Below are positions 24,930-37,400 of a DNA stretch of 64,000 nucleotides, one piece after another. Under the pieces are notes generated by a model. That model did no database searches. It saw only the letters and a program-made list of their open reading frames with translations, and had not been told where the DNA came from. Within the stretch, counting starts at the first letter, position 1; each line of letters opens with the position of its first letter. The translations under genes were made by a program, and so were the position numbers. This DNA comes from Lama guanicoe (Eukaryota). The stretch lies in assembly GCA_013239625.1 (NCBI GenBank), contig MU053934.1, forward strand, positions 12,559,413-12,623,412, in the 5' to 3' direction.

Positions 24930-26049
24930 GTATTATAGGCATTTGAATGTTTAAGAGATCATTCAGTAGCAGATCAGCTTTGTCATTCTAGTTAAAAATG
25001 TGAAATTAATTATGGGTTGTAATTTGAGGTCAAAATCTTAGTAAGTTTATAAAGACTTTTAGGACATTTAAGAGAACTTGAGGTTTACCATATTTATAAG
25101 TTTGGCTTGTGATATTTATAAGAATTGTTTAAGAAGGTGGGAAGGTTTGTTACTAAGACAACTTAAGTACTTAAAGAAATGGAATACATTAAGTTTCTAA
25201 TTAAGAGTTTAAGTTTGTAAATGGAACAAAAACATTAAGTTACTATTAAAATTTGCTAAACCTAGAATAAGACCGAGTTTAAAATAAGATAATACTATTT
25301 AGAATGAATAATCCAATACATAATCTTACTTAGGATAAAATTTACAAACTGAACTTAAATGCTCAAGGAAGACTAGAATTTTAATTAGTAACTTTAATAA
25401 AATAAATATTAATTTTTAAAACCAAAGTAACATTCAAATAGTCTTTCCTCTGTTTAAATAATGCCTTTAAAGGCATCAAAGCTCACACTTAGTTATCTAG
25501 CCATATTATCATATACACCCTAAATTTAAGTCATATTAATATTTAATTTGATAAATTTAAGTGCCTACCATACACCACACAGTACTACCAAAACTATGGA
25601 TTAAAAAATAAATACACAGTCCCTGCCATCAAGGAAATCAGTTTGGTATAAAGAAACTTATAAAGCAAGATCCTTTGAATTTCAATAGCCATTCATCCAA
25701 ATGTCCCTACTCAGCTTCTAACCAAAGCCTTCTCATATAAAAAGGGCCATTATAGCCACATCACTGAGAACTCTGAAAACACCATGCTGTCTCTTGCCTC
25801 CATGCCTTTATGTGTATCATTATTCTACTGCCTGAACTGTCCTTCCCTTGCTCTTTCTTGCTTTTTAATTTAAGACTCAGCTCAAGGCTCACTTTTTTGA
25901 GAAGTCTTTCCTTCCTTACATTTCCCACCAGCCAACCCTAAAGGTAGATCTGCATCTCTTTTATGATCCCACAGCTCCTCTACCTACATCCAGCCAGACA
26001 CTTTTAAGTAGGTAAATCTCTATAAGAATCATTGAAGGAAAGTACAAGG

Positions 26050-26790
26050 ATTATTCCAATTTACAGATGAGGAAAACAAGGCTCAGAAAAGTTAACTAAC
26101 TTGCCCAAGGTCAGACAGCAAATATACACATACCTGGCAGTATGGCTCCAGTTTGTGCTCTCACACACATAGGTATTCAATAAATTCTTGATAAATATGT
26201 GAGTGAGTGGAAAGAACTGATGAAATGTAGCAAGCAACTGGAGAAAAGTTCTGTGTACCCTGAAAGCCTGGGCTAGAATCTAGGCCCTGCCACTTACTGG
26301 CTGTGAGACCCTGGAAAGTTATCCAATCTCTTTAAGCCTCAGTTTCCTCTTCCATAAAATGGAAATGATAGCTCCTTTGCAGGTTATTGTGAAGACATAC
26401 ATAGGTACACATATAGCAGACACCCCAAACTACCAAATTAAGTAGTTGGCATGACTGTATGTTAAACACTAGGTACAGAATAGTTGTCCAGAAAATATTT
26501 TACTATAATTAGGTGAGAAAGACATACAAATCCAATAATATAAAAGCTAACTGTATTTCATGCTTAATATACGCCAGGAATTGTGTAAATTCTCAACAAG
26601 GACTGACAGATTTCATTCTCACAACAATGCTATGAAGCAAGTGCTATTACTCTCCCCATTGTACAGATGAGAAACTGAGGATTACAGACGAATCCAACCA
26701 AAGTCACACAACTAAACAATAGCGGAGTTGGATTCAAACCCAGTCCTATCCGATTCTAGAGACGGAGCTCCATAGCACTACATTTTCTCC
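26050..26790. mobile_element. MIR SINE fragments
   Basis: ttacagatgaggaaa, ttgcccaaggtca, cctcagtttcctcttccataaaatgg and acagatgagaaactgagg cores. Confidence 0.7.
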
Positions 26791-26859
26791 CAACTGCCTC
26801 AGACAATACAGTGGGTGGTTTTGAGCCTGACTGTCAGGATGGATGGAGCAAAGAAGAAA

Positions 26860-28170
26860 AACGGGGGTGGATGGGTGGGGAGGCTACCGAGTTCAATTTG
26901 GGCAACTTGAGTGCATGGTGCCTATGGGGTATCCAAGCATCACAGTTTAGAAAAACTGGATTAGAGCCCTGGAGAGAGGCTAAACTGACAATAAAGATTT
27001 GATGGTAGTTTAAATTATGGGAAGAGATGAAATCATTCACAGTGAAGGAGAAGAAAAAATGGACTAGGAAGAAGCCCTTAAAAGCATCAGCATTTAAACA
27101 TAGAAGGAAGCAAGAACATAAAAGTCACTAATAAGCAGTTAGAAATGCAGGGAACTGGGGAGTGTGTACTTGAAGCCAGCAGAAGAGAGGAGGGATGGGT
27201 CAATTAATTCATTCCGTCAACAGATATTTATTGAATGTCAGGCACTGTTTTAGAAGTTTATCAGTATTTCAACAAACAAAACAGACAATAACTTGTCCTT
27301 GTGGACTTTACATTTTAGTCAAGGGAGACAGGCAATAAACACATAAATTTATAAAATGTGAGGTGGTAATACGTGCTATAGGGAAAGCAGAGTAAGGACG
27401 GCTGCAGAGTAATGAAGTAGGAGGAGCCACTCCATATATGGTGAAATATGAAAGTCCCTCTGAGAAGGTAAATTTTGAAATAAAATCAAAGAAAGTGACT
27501 GTGTGAGCCCTATAGATATCTGTACAAAGGGAACAGGATAAAAAAGAAAAGGCCTTGAGGGTAAGTATGCCTAGGTGTGGTTGAGGAAGAACAAGAAGGC
27601 TAGTAATGCTGGAGTGGAGGGCAGGATGTTAGGAGATGAGGCAGAGAGGCTGGGGAGGATACTGCAGTTTAGGTAGGACTTTGGCTTTTGTTCCAAGTGA
27701 GATGAGAAGATATTAGAGGAATCTGACTGATGTGACATGATTTGAACTATGATTTAAAGGGATCACTCTGGCTGCAATGTTGAGAATAGATTGGGGTGGA
27801 GAGGGTGGAGCAGAGAGGAGGCTGTTGCAAAATTCCAGGTAAGGAATGATGGGGCTTGGACCATAGTGTTAGAAATCAAAATATTAAGAAGTGACTGGAT
27901 TCTGTACATGTTTTGAAAAAGGAGGCGACAGTATTTGTTGACATCCAAGTGGGAATATGAGTCTGAAGTGTGGTGAAAAGCCTGGCTGAACTTTCATATT
28001 CAGGAGATGTTGGGAGTATAGATGACATTTGAAGCCATGGGACTAGTTGAGGTCACCTAGAAAGTGAAGGTAGATGGAAAAGAGGTCTGAGTTCTCCAAT
28101 GTCTGGAGTTTGGGGAGATGAGGAGGAACTAGCAAAGAAGACTGAAATGAAGCAGCCAGTGAGGTAGAAG
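26860..28170. mobile_element. L2 LINE fragments
   Basis: attcattc...tttattgaa, aaagggatcactctggctgc, gactggattctgtacatgttttg. Confidence 0.6.
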
Positions 28171-29040
28171 GCAGATGGGGTGATGGGAGTGGGCTGAGGA
28201 GATGGGGTGATGGGAGTGGGCTGAGGAGATGGGGTGATGGGAGCGGGGTGAGGAGATGTGGGTGAGGGGAGTGGGGTGAGGAGAAGGGGTGAGGAGATGG
28301 GGTGAGGAGATGGGGGGAGGAGAGGGGGGGGGGGGAGGGGGGGGAGGGGAGGGGGGGATGGGAGGGGGGTGAGGAGGGGGGGGGGGGGGGAGGGGGGGGA
28401 GGGGAGGGGGGGATGGGAGGGGGGTGAGGAGGGGGGGGGGGGGGGAGGGGGGGGAGGGGAGGGGGGGATGGGAGGGGGGTGAGGAGGGGGGGGGGGGGGG
28501 AGGGGGGGGAGGGGAGGGGGGGATGGGAGGGGGGTGAGGAGGGGGGGGGGGGGGGAGGGGGGGGAGGGGAGGGGGGGATGGGAGGGGGGTGAGGAGGGGG
28601 GGGGGGGGGGAGGGGGGGGAGGGGAGGGGGGGATGGGAGGGGGGTGAGGAGGGGGGGGGGGGGGGAGGGGGGGGAGGGGAGGGGGGGATGGGAGGGGGGT
28701 GAGGAGGGGGGGGGGGGGGGAGGGGGGGGAGGGGAGGGGGGGATGGGAGGGGGGTGAGGAGGGGGGGGGGGGGGGAGGGGGGGGAGGGGAGGGGGGGATG
28801 GGAGGGGGGTGAGGAGGGGGGGGGGGGGGGAGGGGGGGGAGGGGAGGGGGGGATGGGAGGGGGGTGAGGAGGGGGGGGGGGGGGGAGGGGGGGGAGGGGA
28901 GGGGGGGATGGGAGGGGGGTGAGGAGATGGGGTGAGGGGAGTGGGGTGAGGAGATGGAGTGAGGAGATGGGGTGAGGAGATGGGGTGATGGGAGTGGGGT
29001 GAGGAGATGGGGTGAGGAGATGGGGGTGAGGACATGGGGG
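28170..29040. repeat. G-rich purine minisatellite: flanking (GAGGAGATGGGGT)-like units and a central ~11 x 55-bp array
   Basis: GATG recurs every 55 nt from 28357 to 28907. Confidence 0.9.
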
Positions 29041-29525
29041 TTAGGGGTCTGTGGGTGGAGTCGGTAGTCGCCACGCCTCGGGTCCGGCGTGAGGCGGTGG
29101 GCGCCTCCCGGAGACGTCGTGGCTCAGGGGTCAGGAAGCCAAGGGAAGGTGGGGCCCTCAGGCCGGCCTCGCTCACCTCCCGCCCGCGCTCGGGTCCCGC
29201 TCGGCCGCCCTCCACCTCCTGAGGCATGAGGCGGCTCCTCGGAGTGACGCCCCGCCCCTTTCCGTTGCCGGGCCCGCCCCCGGAGCTGGCCTCTCGCCCT
29301 CATTGGTTGGTCTCCCGAGCGGAAGGGGCGGGGCCTCAGGGGTCCAGCTCTTGGGATTCCTCGGCCGCAGCCCGGCGGAGGGCTGGGGCCGGGAGCGGCC
29401 CGTGGCGAGGGCTGGTACGGCTTAGGTGAGGGGCACACGCCTCCCCCGTCCCACCCCCGCCCTCACTGTAGTGTTGGCTGCCTTGCTCCGTGAACGTAAG
29501 TCCTTGCGCGCCTGTCTGTCCGCTT
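29040..29525 (-). promoter_or_regulatory. SYCE3: CpG island; probable SYCE3 promoter and exon 1 (donor GAG|gtgagc, exon ends 29177)
   Basis: CpG-dense; CCAAT on minus (29302-29306); GC box 29325-29333; MYB-type CAACGG (29262-29267); consensus donor facing the SYCE3 coding exons. Confidence 0.7.
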
Positions 29526-29689
29526 GACCACAGTGTCCGCGTTGTCCAGGACAGTCCCTGGCACAGTTTAAATGCTAGCAAACATTTGTTGAGCGAGTAG
29601 TTGGATGCCCCAATATTTGTCTCACAGCTACCATGCGTGGTCCACATTGCCGTAACTCGCTGAGGAGGAGGCAGAGGTTCAAGGAGATG

Positions 29690-30520
29690 AGGCAGGGACC
29701 CAGGTACATGCATCTTTGAGGCATTTTCACAAATTTTTCCTACAGGCATGTCAAACCCAACATTTAAAAATCTTAATCACCCAACTATGCAAATAGAAAA
29801 TGTGAATTATCTTTGATGCCTCCCTATCAGGTTTGTCAGTCCCACCTTTGACATTCTTAGCTTCCTGATTCTCCAGTCCTCAGTTTAAGTCCTGTCATTT
29901 CTTACAACTCTGCCACCACTATAAGCAGGACCCTCTGATAGGTCTTCCCGTGGCTATCCTACTGTACCCTACTTTGTTCCAATCTTCTGGTTAGCCAGAG
30001 TGATCCCATGAAAACTTAGAACAGATTATATCACCCTCTGCTCAAACCCCAGTGGCTTCTTACCCCATCATTCAGGGAAGACAGAGGCTGGCCTATGAGG
30101 CCCTTGCTGCCCTCCTCCACCTGTCCCCTCCTGCTCTTCCTCGACTCCACGCCAGCCACAGGCCCTCCGGTACTGTTCCTCCACCACAGCAGGCTCCTCC
30201 CACCAGGAAGCGCTGGCTTTTGCTGTCCCCTTGGCCAGGAATACTCTGCCCTCAGGTATCAACATGGGTTGCACCCTCATTTCCTGCAGGTCTTTGCCAC
30301 CCTATCTGAAATTGCCAACCCCCCCCATTGCTCCCTCCCCTTTCTTCCTTTTCTCCTTAGCACTTAATACTGTCTGACATACTATGTAATTTACGCATTC
30401 TTCTTGGTTATTGCCTGTCTCCCTCACTAGATGCTAGGCCCCACAGGGGGGGATTGTCTTTGCCAGCTTGGTTCACGGATGTATCCCAGTGTGTAGCACA
30501 CTGTAGCGCTCAAAATGGGT
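29690..30520. mobile_element. L2 LINE fragment
   Basis: atcaccctctgctcaaacccc, ttattgcctgtctccctcactagatg...gtatcccagtg. Confidence 0.6.
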
Positions 30521-31068
30521 TATTCAAAACATCCTGATTTCCCTGCCAGCTGCTCTGTGCCCTAATCCATGCATGCCTCACCTGGTAGTGAATTCCACGT
30601 GGGCAGGTGATGCTGTGTTCACCACAGAATCCCCAGCACAGAGCCCAGTCAGTGGTGGGTGCTTAAGAAACACTGTTTTATGGTAAAAGTGTCATAACCT
30701 GGGACTGTATTTACCTAACGTTGTGGTTCTTAGCACCTAGCAGAGTCCTGAGATCTAGATTCCAGTCAAGAATGCAGCAACAGTAATTGAGTGCCTGCTT
30801 ACACTTTCCATAATATTTTTGGTTAACTTTTAATATTATTTTAATAGAAAAGCCGACCTTGCTCCAGTTTATCTTGTGTGCCCTTTCATAGACATGACCA
30901 CCTGGCCACCAGACCTCAGGCCTGGGACGGCAGCTCCTTCCTATGCCTGGGAGGGGGCGGGGGCCTTCACAGAGCTGTGCTCCAGCCCGGAGGAGATGGG
31001 TGGGCCCCACTCTCCAGCAGACAAACAGAAGCGGCCCCAGGGAATAGGTGAAGGTTCTGAAGCAAGAA

Positions 31069-31074
31069 TTTATT
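31069..31074 (-). terminator. CPT1B distal polyadenylation signal (second AATAAA at 31257-31262)
   Basis: TTTATT on + at both positions downstream of the stop codon. Confidence 0.65.
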
Positions 31075-31485
31075 CCAAGTGCACACGTGAGTGTGGATAG
31101 AAGAGACACGTTTCAAATCAGAAGCTTCTCACAAATAGTCTCCCTGCCTCAGCCCTTCCCACCTCCCTGGCCTAAGCTAGAGCAGGGGGAGGGCCTCCTA
31201 GTTCCCAGACAAAACACAGGTACTTCAATGGTAAAATAAAATTATACAGCCTTATTTTTATTAGCATCTAGCAAGAAAAAAAAATCAAGACTCCCTCCCT
31301 GCTCCAGCCCTACTTCCACCACCTGAGCCCTCAGGAAGCAGTGTCTGCCCAGGGAGCATCTGCTACCAGAGGTGTCCCTGGAGCCTGGGCACCAGGGCAC
31401 GGCCACCCCTTGTGTCTGCAGTCCCACTGCAGGTCCCTTCCCCCACGACGCGGGGACAAAAGGGTAGCTGGCATTTCTCCAGCCC

Positions 31486-34400
31486 TCAGCGGTCAGCCTT
31501 GGGAACTTGGAAAAGATCAGCGATGTCCAGCAGAGCTTGGCGGATGTGGTTCCCAAAGCGCTGGGCGTTCTGTGGGGGCCAAGAGCTCAGACCAACCTCT
31601 GGACGGGCCCTTGCTGCTCTGTTCCCACAAGCAAGAATTCTTCCCCAGCCAGACAGGGCCCTGGGGGGGTGCCCCTCCTCAGGCTGAGAAGGGGCAGGAG
31701 AGACTCACCGTCTCTGAACTTGAGAACTTGCTGGAGACATGGAAGAAGATGGTGTTCTCACCGGCGATCATGTAGGAAACCCCGTATCCATCATCTGCTA
31801 CCTGAGGACAGCAAGAGGGGTGAAGAGGTAAACAAGACCCTAAAAGATCTGAGGTCCAAGCTAATGCTGTCCTTCTTCTGCTTGCCCCCGAAACAGTGTG
31901 CGAACCCAGGATCCAGGAGCTCATGTCCCCTCAGGAGGCCAAGATCACTGCCTCTCTCTTGGGGCAGGGGGGGAGGTCTCTGACTCCCTGACAAACTAGC
32001 CCACATGAACGTCCTGGTGGGTGAGCTGGACTCCATAAGCTCACTTCAGCAGCCCCACGGAGGGTCACTCCAGCGGGGATGTTGACATGGGTGGGATCCT
32101 AGCCACTTTTCTTCCTGGGGTTGACAGGCACCTGCTTCCTTCCTTCCAGGGTAGGTCCAGGGCTGTGTTCTCACCTCCGGGCTGACCTTCTCAAGGCCCT
32201 GCACTCTCCACTGGAACCCCTAGCTCTGGGTCCTGCCCACCCATCGCCCTTCAGGGGCACTTACAGGGCCAAAGCCACCGCCAGCAGCCAGGTGATTGGG
32301 GTACTTGTTTGGGTCAAACATGCGGATCTGGAATTGAGCGATCTGGCTGGTGGAGAGACGCCAGGGTTCTGAGAGTACCTGTGACAGGGGGGCCCTAGCA
32401 ATCAGATGCCACGCACTCAGTGCACCCCTGCAGACAGTGGTGACCAAGCACCTACGTGAGCCAGGTACAGTCCTGGAGGAGGATGCAGAAGGGACGGAAC
32501 ACAGGACCTTCCTGACTGCTGCTCCTGGTCCCCCCAGTCTGTTCTTACCATCACGGCGTCTGCACAGAACCCTCAGTCCTGTGACTCGCCCCTCCCCTCC
32601 TGTTCCTCGCCTACCCCACACCCCTGCCTCAGTGCCAGTGTCGGCACTCGAGGTTCCCTCCACCCGGACGCTCTGATTCTTCCTAGCTTCTGCACTTTTC
32701 TCACAAGCACTGTCACCATCTGACACATCACACGTTTGTCTGCCCACCCCACCATGAGAACACCAGTTCCACGAGGGGCAGGCTCCTGCCCAGTGCCAGT
32801 TCCACAGGCCTTGGTGGGGTGTAGAGCGGGAAAGCTGGCTCCAGCCATCCAGGGCAACTTCAGGGGAGCCGGCCAGACAGAAAACAGGCTGAGACCCATC
32901 AGGAGAGGTCATGAGGACAGAGGACACACCCACCAACACCGACCTCAGCCAGGAAAGGGGAGCTGACCCCCAGGTACTTGGAGACCACATAAAGGCAGAA
33001 GAGGTGCCGGTCAATCCCAGCCCCCGTCATTGCCAGGCGGTACATATTCTGGTGCTTCTCGGCAGCCTTCTGGAACAGATCTTGGAGGTCTGCTTTCTGG
33101 GGGCAGAAATGGAACAGTGAAGAGTAACCCTGACCCTCGAGGCGGCAGGAGACCAAGGGGTCACTTCCCTACGAGGCCATGGGGGGCTCACCATGTGGCG
33201 CCCCTCCACCATGGCCTGAACGAAGGCTGTGGACTCGCGGGTACAGGAACGTACAGTCTCAGTCCGTCCCTCCCGGAACATTCTAGTCATCGAGGCTTCA
33301 TAGGTCAGGCAGAACTTGCCCCTATCCTGGGGAACACAGAAGGGGAGTTTCGCAGGTGAACCGGGTGCCACCTGCCTGCTCAGCAGCCCAGGGCTCCTAC
33401 CCGGAAGTGTGCCAGCTGCAGGGCGATCTGCACAAAGGCATCGGGGCTGGTCCGGCACTTCTTGATGAGGCCTTTGCCGAAGGGCAAGAACTGGAAGCAG
33501 TACAGCTCCACATCGTCCGCCAGCGCCTTGGCCACCTGGTAGGAACTCTCGATGACCGCCTGGCACTGCCAAGAGATGGAGGGGTCAGCTGAGGGCAGAG
33601 CTCTCCAGCAGGACTCCTGGGTCACGTCCAACAGGACTCCTGGGTCATGTCCAGGAGGCCTAAGAGTCAGCGACGGAGGAAGGCAAGGCTGGGCAGGCCT
33701 AGGTGTGCCCGACATCCTCAGGAGGAGGACACACAAAGGACAAGCCAGGGGCATCAGCACAGGGGCCAGGTTGGACTTTGTCAGGGAGGGAGGCACTGAC
33801 AGGTGTTCAAGACACGAGCTCACACCTCACATCTTTCTCCAGCCCCCGGGTGGCCCTGGGGTCTCTGTTTTCCCTGTGGCCAGTGTGGGCCGTGGGGCGC
33901 TCCTGTCCCCTCCCCTAAGAACAGGGCCACAGAACATCTCAGATACTTGTCACTTTCGCACACCCGTCCCTGCCCTTTCTTGGCCTGCACACCTGCTCAG
34001 GGATGTCCCACTGCAGCCGCTGAGGGGGTGCCAGCACAGGGTTTGGTTTACCCAGACAGTGCCCAGTCTCTGTGTAGCCCAGGTGGAAGGCGTCAGTGCC
34101 CACAACAAACTGCAGGGAAAAGGTCGGGCTGAGAGGCCGTCCTGCCACCTCCACCCCTGGCGCCACCCTGAGTCTGCCTTGCGGGGACCCGTCTGGGCCT
34201 GTTACCTCCCAGAGGTGCCCTATGATAGGGGCATCTGCCCACGCGTGTTCTGTGTTGAGGCCCAGCTGGCCGTTCTTGAAGGCGATAAGTGTGAAGGACT
34301 TGTCGAACCACCTGTGGGAGGAGACGGGCAGTGACGCGGAGGCCAGCGGGGGAGCCCAAGGGGCCGTGCGGGAGACCTGGGGCTGCTGTACCTGTTGCAG

Positions 34401-37400
34401 CAGTTGCCATGCAGCAGGGCCTTGCCGTACAGGCTGAGGCTGGCCTCGTCTTCGGGGTCATAGCCATGAGACTCCTCGTCCAAAGCAACAAAGAAAGCGG
34501 CGCGCTCGATGGCATCCAGCGCGGCCTTGTTCTTGCCAGAGCTGAAGAAGGCCTGGCGCGCCTGCGCCCACTCCACCCTGAGAGCATGAGGGCAGAGAGC
34601 AGTGGGGTCACTGTGGGCTTGAGGGCACCTCCTGTGACCTGGCAGGGCCTGGAGCTGGGGTGAGATGGGGCTACCGGGCTGTTCTGTATGGGTCCCACTC
34701 TCCATACCCACCTAGTCACCTCCAGACAGTCACAGCAGCCACCCCGCCACCGTTACCACCAGCACCCCTCACAGCCGCAGGCCCTTGTTTACACAGGACG
34801 TTGGGGCCACCACGCCCTCCCTTGGTCATGCCTCCGGCCCTGAGTTCCAGGATGGCAGGCAGGGCCGAACTCCTCTCCTCACAGCAGCCCAAACCTCAGC
34901 CAGGACCATCCCTGCCTGCAGGTCCCAGTACCTTCCCCCAGCAGTGAGGGCCGCCAGTCTCTCCTCCCCAGGCTGAGGTGGGGAGGGGTCGTCCAGGATC
35001 CTCTGGAACTGCATCTCCAGGTCTCGAGGCTTGAGCAGGTGGGAGCCTTCGTAGAGCCACACCTTGAAGAAGCGGCCCTTGTGGTAGACGACAACATGCC
35101 TGCTGTCCGTGAGGTGCTGCAGCATGTCTGCGACAGGCCAGTGGGTGGGCTGAGGCAGGAAGGCAGGGAGCACCCTCCTCCTGCCGCCTCTCCACCCTGC
35201 ACCGGCCCACCAGCCTCGCACTCAGTGGCCCGTGTAGACCCTGCTGTGTCAGGCCTCCTGGCCTCCTTCCCCGGAGGAATCTGCCGGCACTAAGCCAGGC
35301 TCTGGGCTGGGAGCTTCCGTATTTCTCATTTAATGCCAACAGCAGTCCTGTGAGGCATTTCACAGAAGAGGAAACCAAAACTCTAGGAAATAACACAGGC
35401 TGTCCCAGCATCAGACATGCGGTCTGCAGCTCAGCCTGCCTGGGACGAGCCCACCCCTCCTCCCCACAGGCTCCTGGAAGGGCAGGCCCAGCCAGGGCAG
35501 TGGCAGGCCTCCTGCTGCTCTTCACCCCAGCCTACCTTCCCCGCACTGGGAGCCTCTGCAGGGAAGGGGCTCTGTTCAGGGCCTCTCGGGGTCCTGGCAC
35601 CGGCCCTGTGCCTCTAAATAGTATGTATCTACTATTGGTCAAAAACTGACTTTTTTGCAGTTACACGACCCCGAGAAATCGAGGATGCCTGGTGACCAGC
35701 AGGCAGTAGGGCACCTAGCCCTGGTGGGCCCACAGCTGGGAGGGAGGGGCTCCATCCCAAGGGCTCCCCACAGGTGCCTGGCCAAGGTCGTACCTGCGTC
35801 CTTCCCTGGGATCCGGGTGGTGTTGAACATCCTCTCCATCTGGTAGGAGCACATGGGCACGATGCCAAGCGCCATCACCTGGGAGGAAGGCCCAGCTCAG
35901 ACCCCGGCCTCCTCTCCGGGCCACACCCTCAACCCAATCCGACTCACAGGCTTGATCTCTTCACGGTCCAGTTTACGGCGATACATGATCATGGCGTGGA
36001 CGGCGTTTCCCAGGCGGGCCGCCTGCACGTCTGTGTTCTTGACAAGCACTAAGTCCTACAGTGACAGAGCAGGGCCTGCAGGGTGGCTGTGACAGGGGTG
36101 CACAGTGGCACCTCTCTGTCCCCTTTCCGCAGTCTGTCCTGCACACCCTGTGAGAGTGAACTGCCAGAGATGAAAGGCACAGCTGATCACGTCACCCCCC
36201 GCCCCAGCTTCAGCCTGAGTTGCTTTTCTAAACCCGGTGTGTTTGTTAATGTTTTGTTTATTTTCCTTTGAGAAAGGCGTTCCATTACTACAAAATAGCT
36301 TAAAGCCTCTGGTGGACAAAGTACGGGTAGGTTTCTGGAAGGGCAGCTTTGTGGAGGAGGGGAAGGCCAGCACGCAACTGAAAATGGGCTCTAGAAGCAG
36401 GAGTGGAAGGTGTGGAGGCCTGTGGCTGGGCAGCAGGGAGGCCCAGCTGGTTGCGCACAGCCTTACACTGGGAGCAGGAGAAAGCCTGTCACATGGGGCG
36501 GGGACCAACAGGGACCTCCTGAGCTCTGAGAAGCAGCCCTGTGTTTGTACAGTGACACGGAGACGTGCTTAAGGAAGTTTCCTAGTAATGACGTCAGGAC
36601 AGCTGGGAAGCCGTGACTGGAAAGCCAGCGAGGGAAGCAAGGAAGGGAGGGACAGAGCCTGGGCTGGGCATCGCTGTGAGCCTGAGTTGCTCTGGGAGTG
36701 ACAGTGTCAGGCTTTGGAGTCTACTGGGTTCTCCACATCCTCAGTACCGCCGTCATCTGTAAGCTGCTTTCTGAGTATTCTTCCAGGATATGCCCCGCTC
36801 CATCTCCCCTTTCTTTCAGGCCTCATCCCAGGACCCCTACTTGCCCACAGAAACCACCACCAGGGCTCTGGGATGTCCTCCAGTTCCTCTGCCCTGAGAC
36901 CAGGGCTGTGGACAGAGCTGAGTACACAGGAGCCCCACTTCTTACCATGACATAATAGTTGCTGTTCACCATGAGGGGGGTCCTGCCTCGAAGGTAGACA
37001 TACTCCTCCCACCAGTCACTCACCTGTGGGTGGGTGGGAGGTTAGAGCTGGGTCGGAGTGGGGTTGTGGGCAGCCAGGACCCAGGGTGGGTGAGGGTCAG
37101 CCCATGAGGTGGAACTCACATAGTTAGTTGCCCACCACGACTTGAGTACCAGGTACTTCTGCAGCCTGGGGGCAGTCTTCTCCTGGAATTCCTTGGCCAG
37201 CACCTCCATTCGGCAATATTCCTCATCATCCAGTAAGTGTTGCACAGACTCTAGGTACTGTCCAGCCAAGTCATTGTCCGTGTGAGGGTCAGTCAGCAAC
37301 ACTTGCCTCAGTCCTGACCCTCTTCCAGCCCCAGCCCCAGTGCTCCCTCTCAAGCCCACTCTTTGCAGGGGACAGTCCCTCGTGTTTGGACAAGTCCTCT

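Noticed and set aside
28043..29227. 394-aa proline-rich ORF on the minus strand
   Set aside because: It is the translation of the G-rich array and runs through the exon-1 donor; low complexity explains the lack of stops
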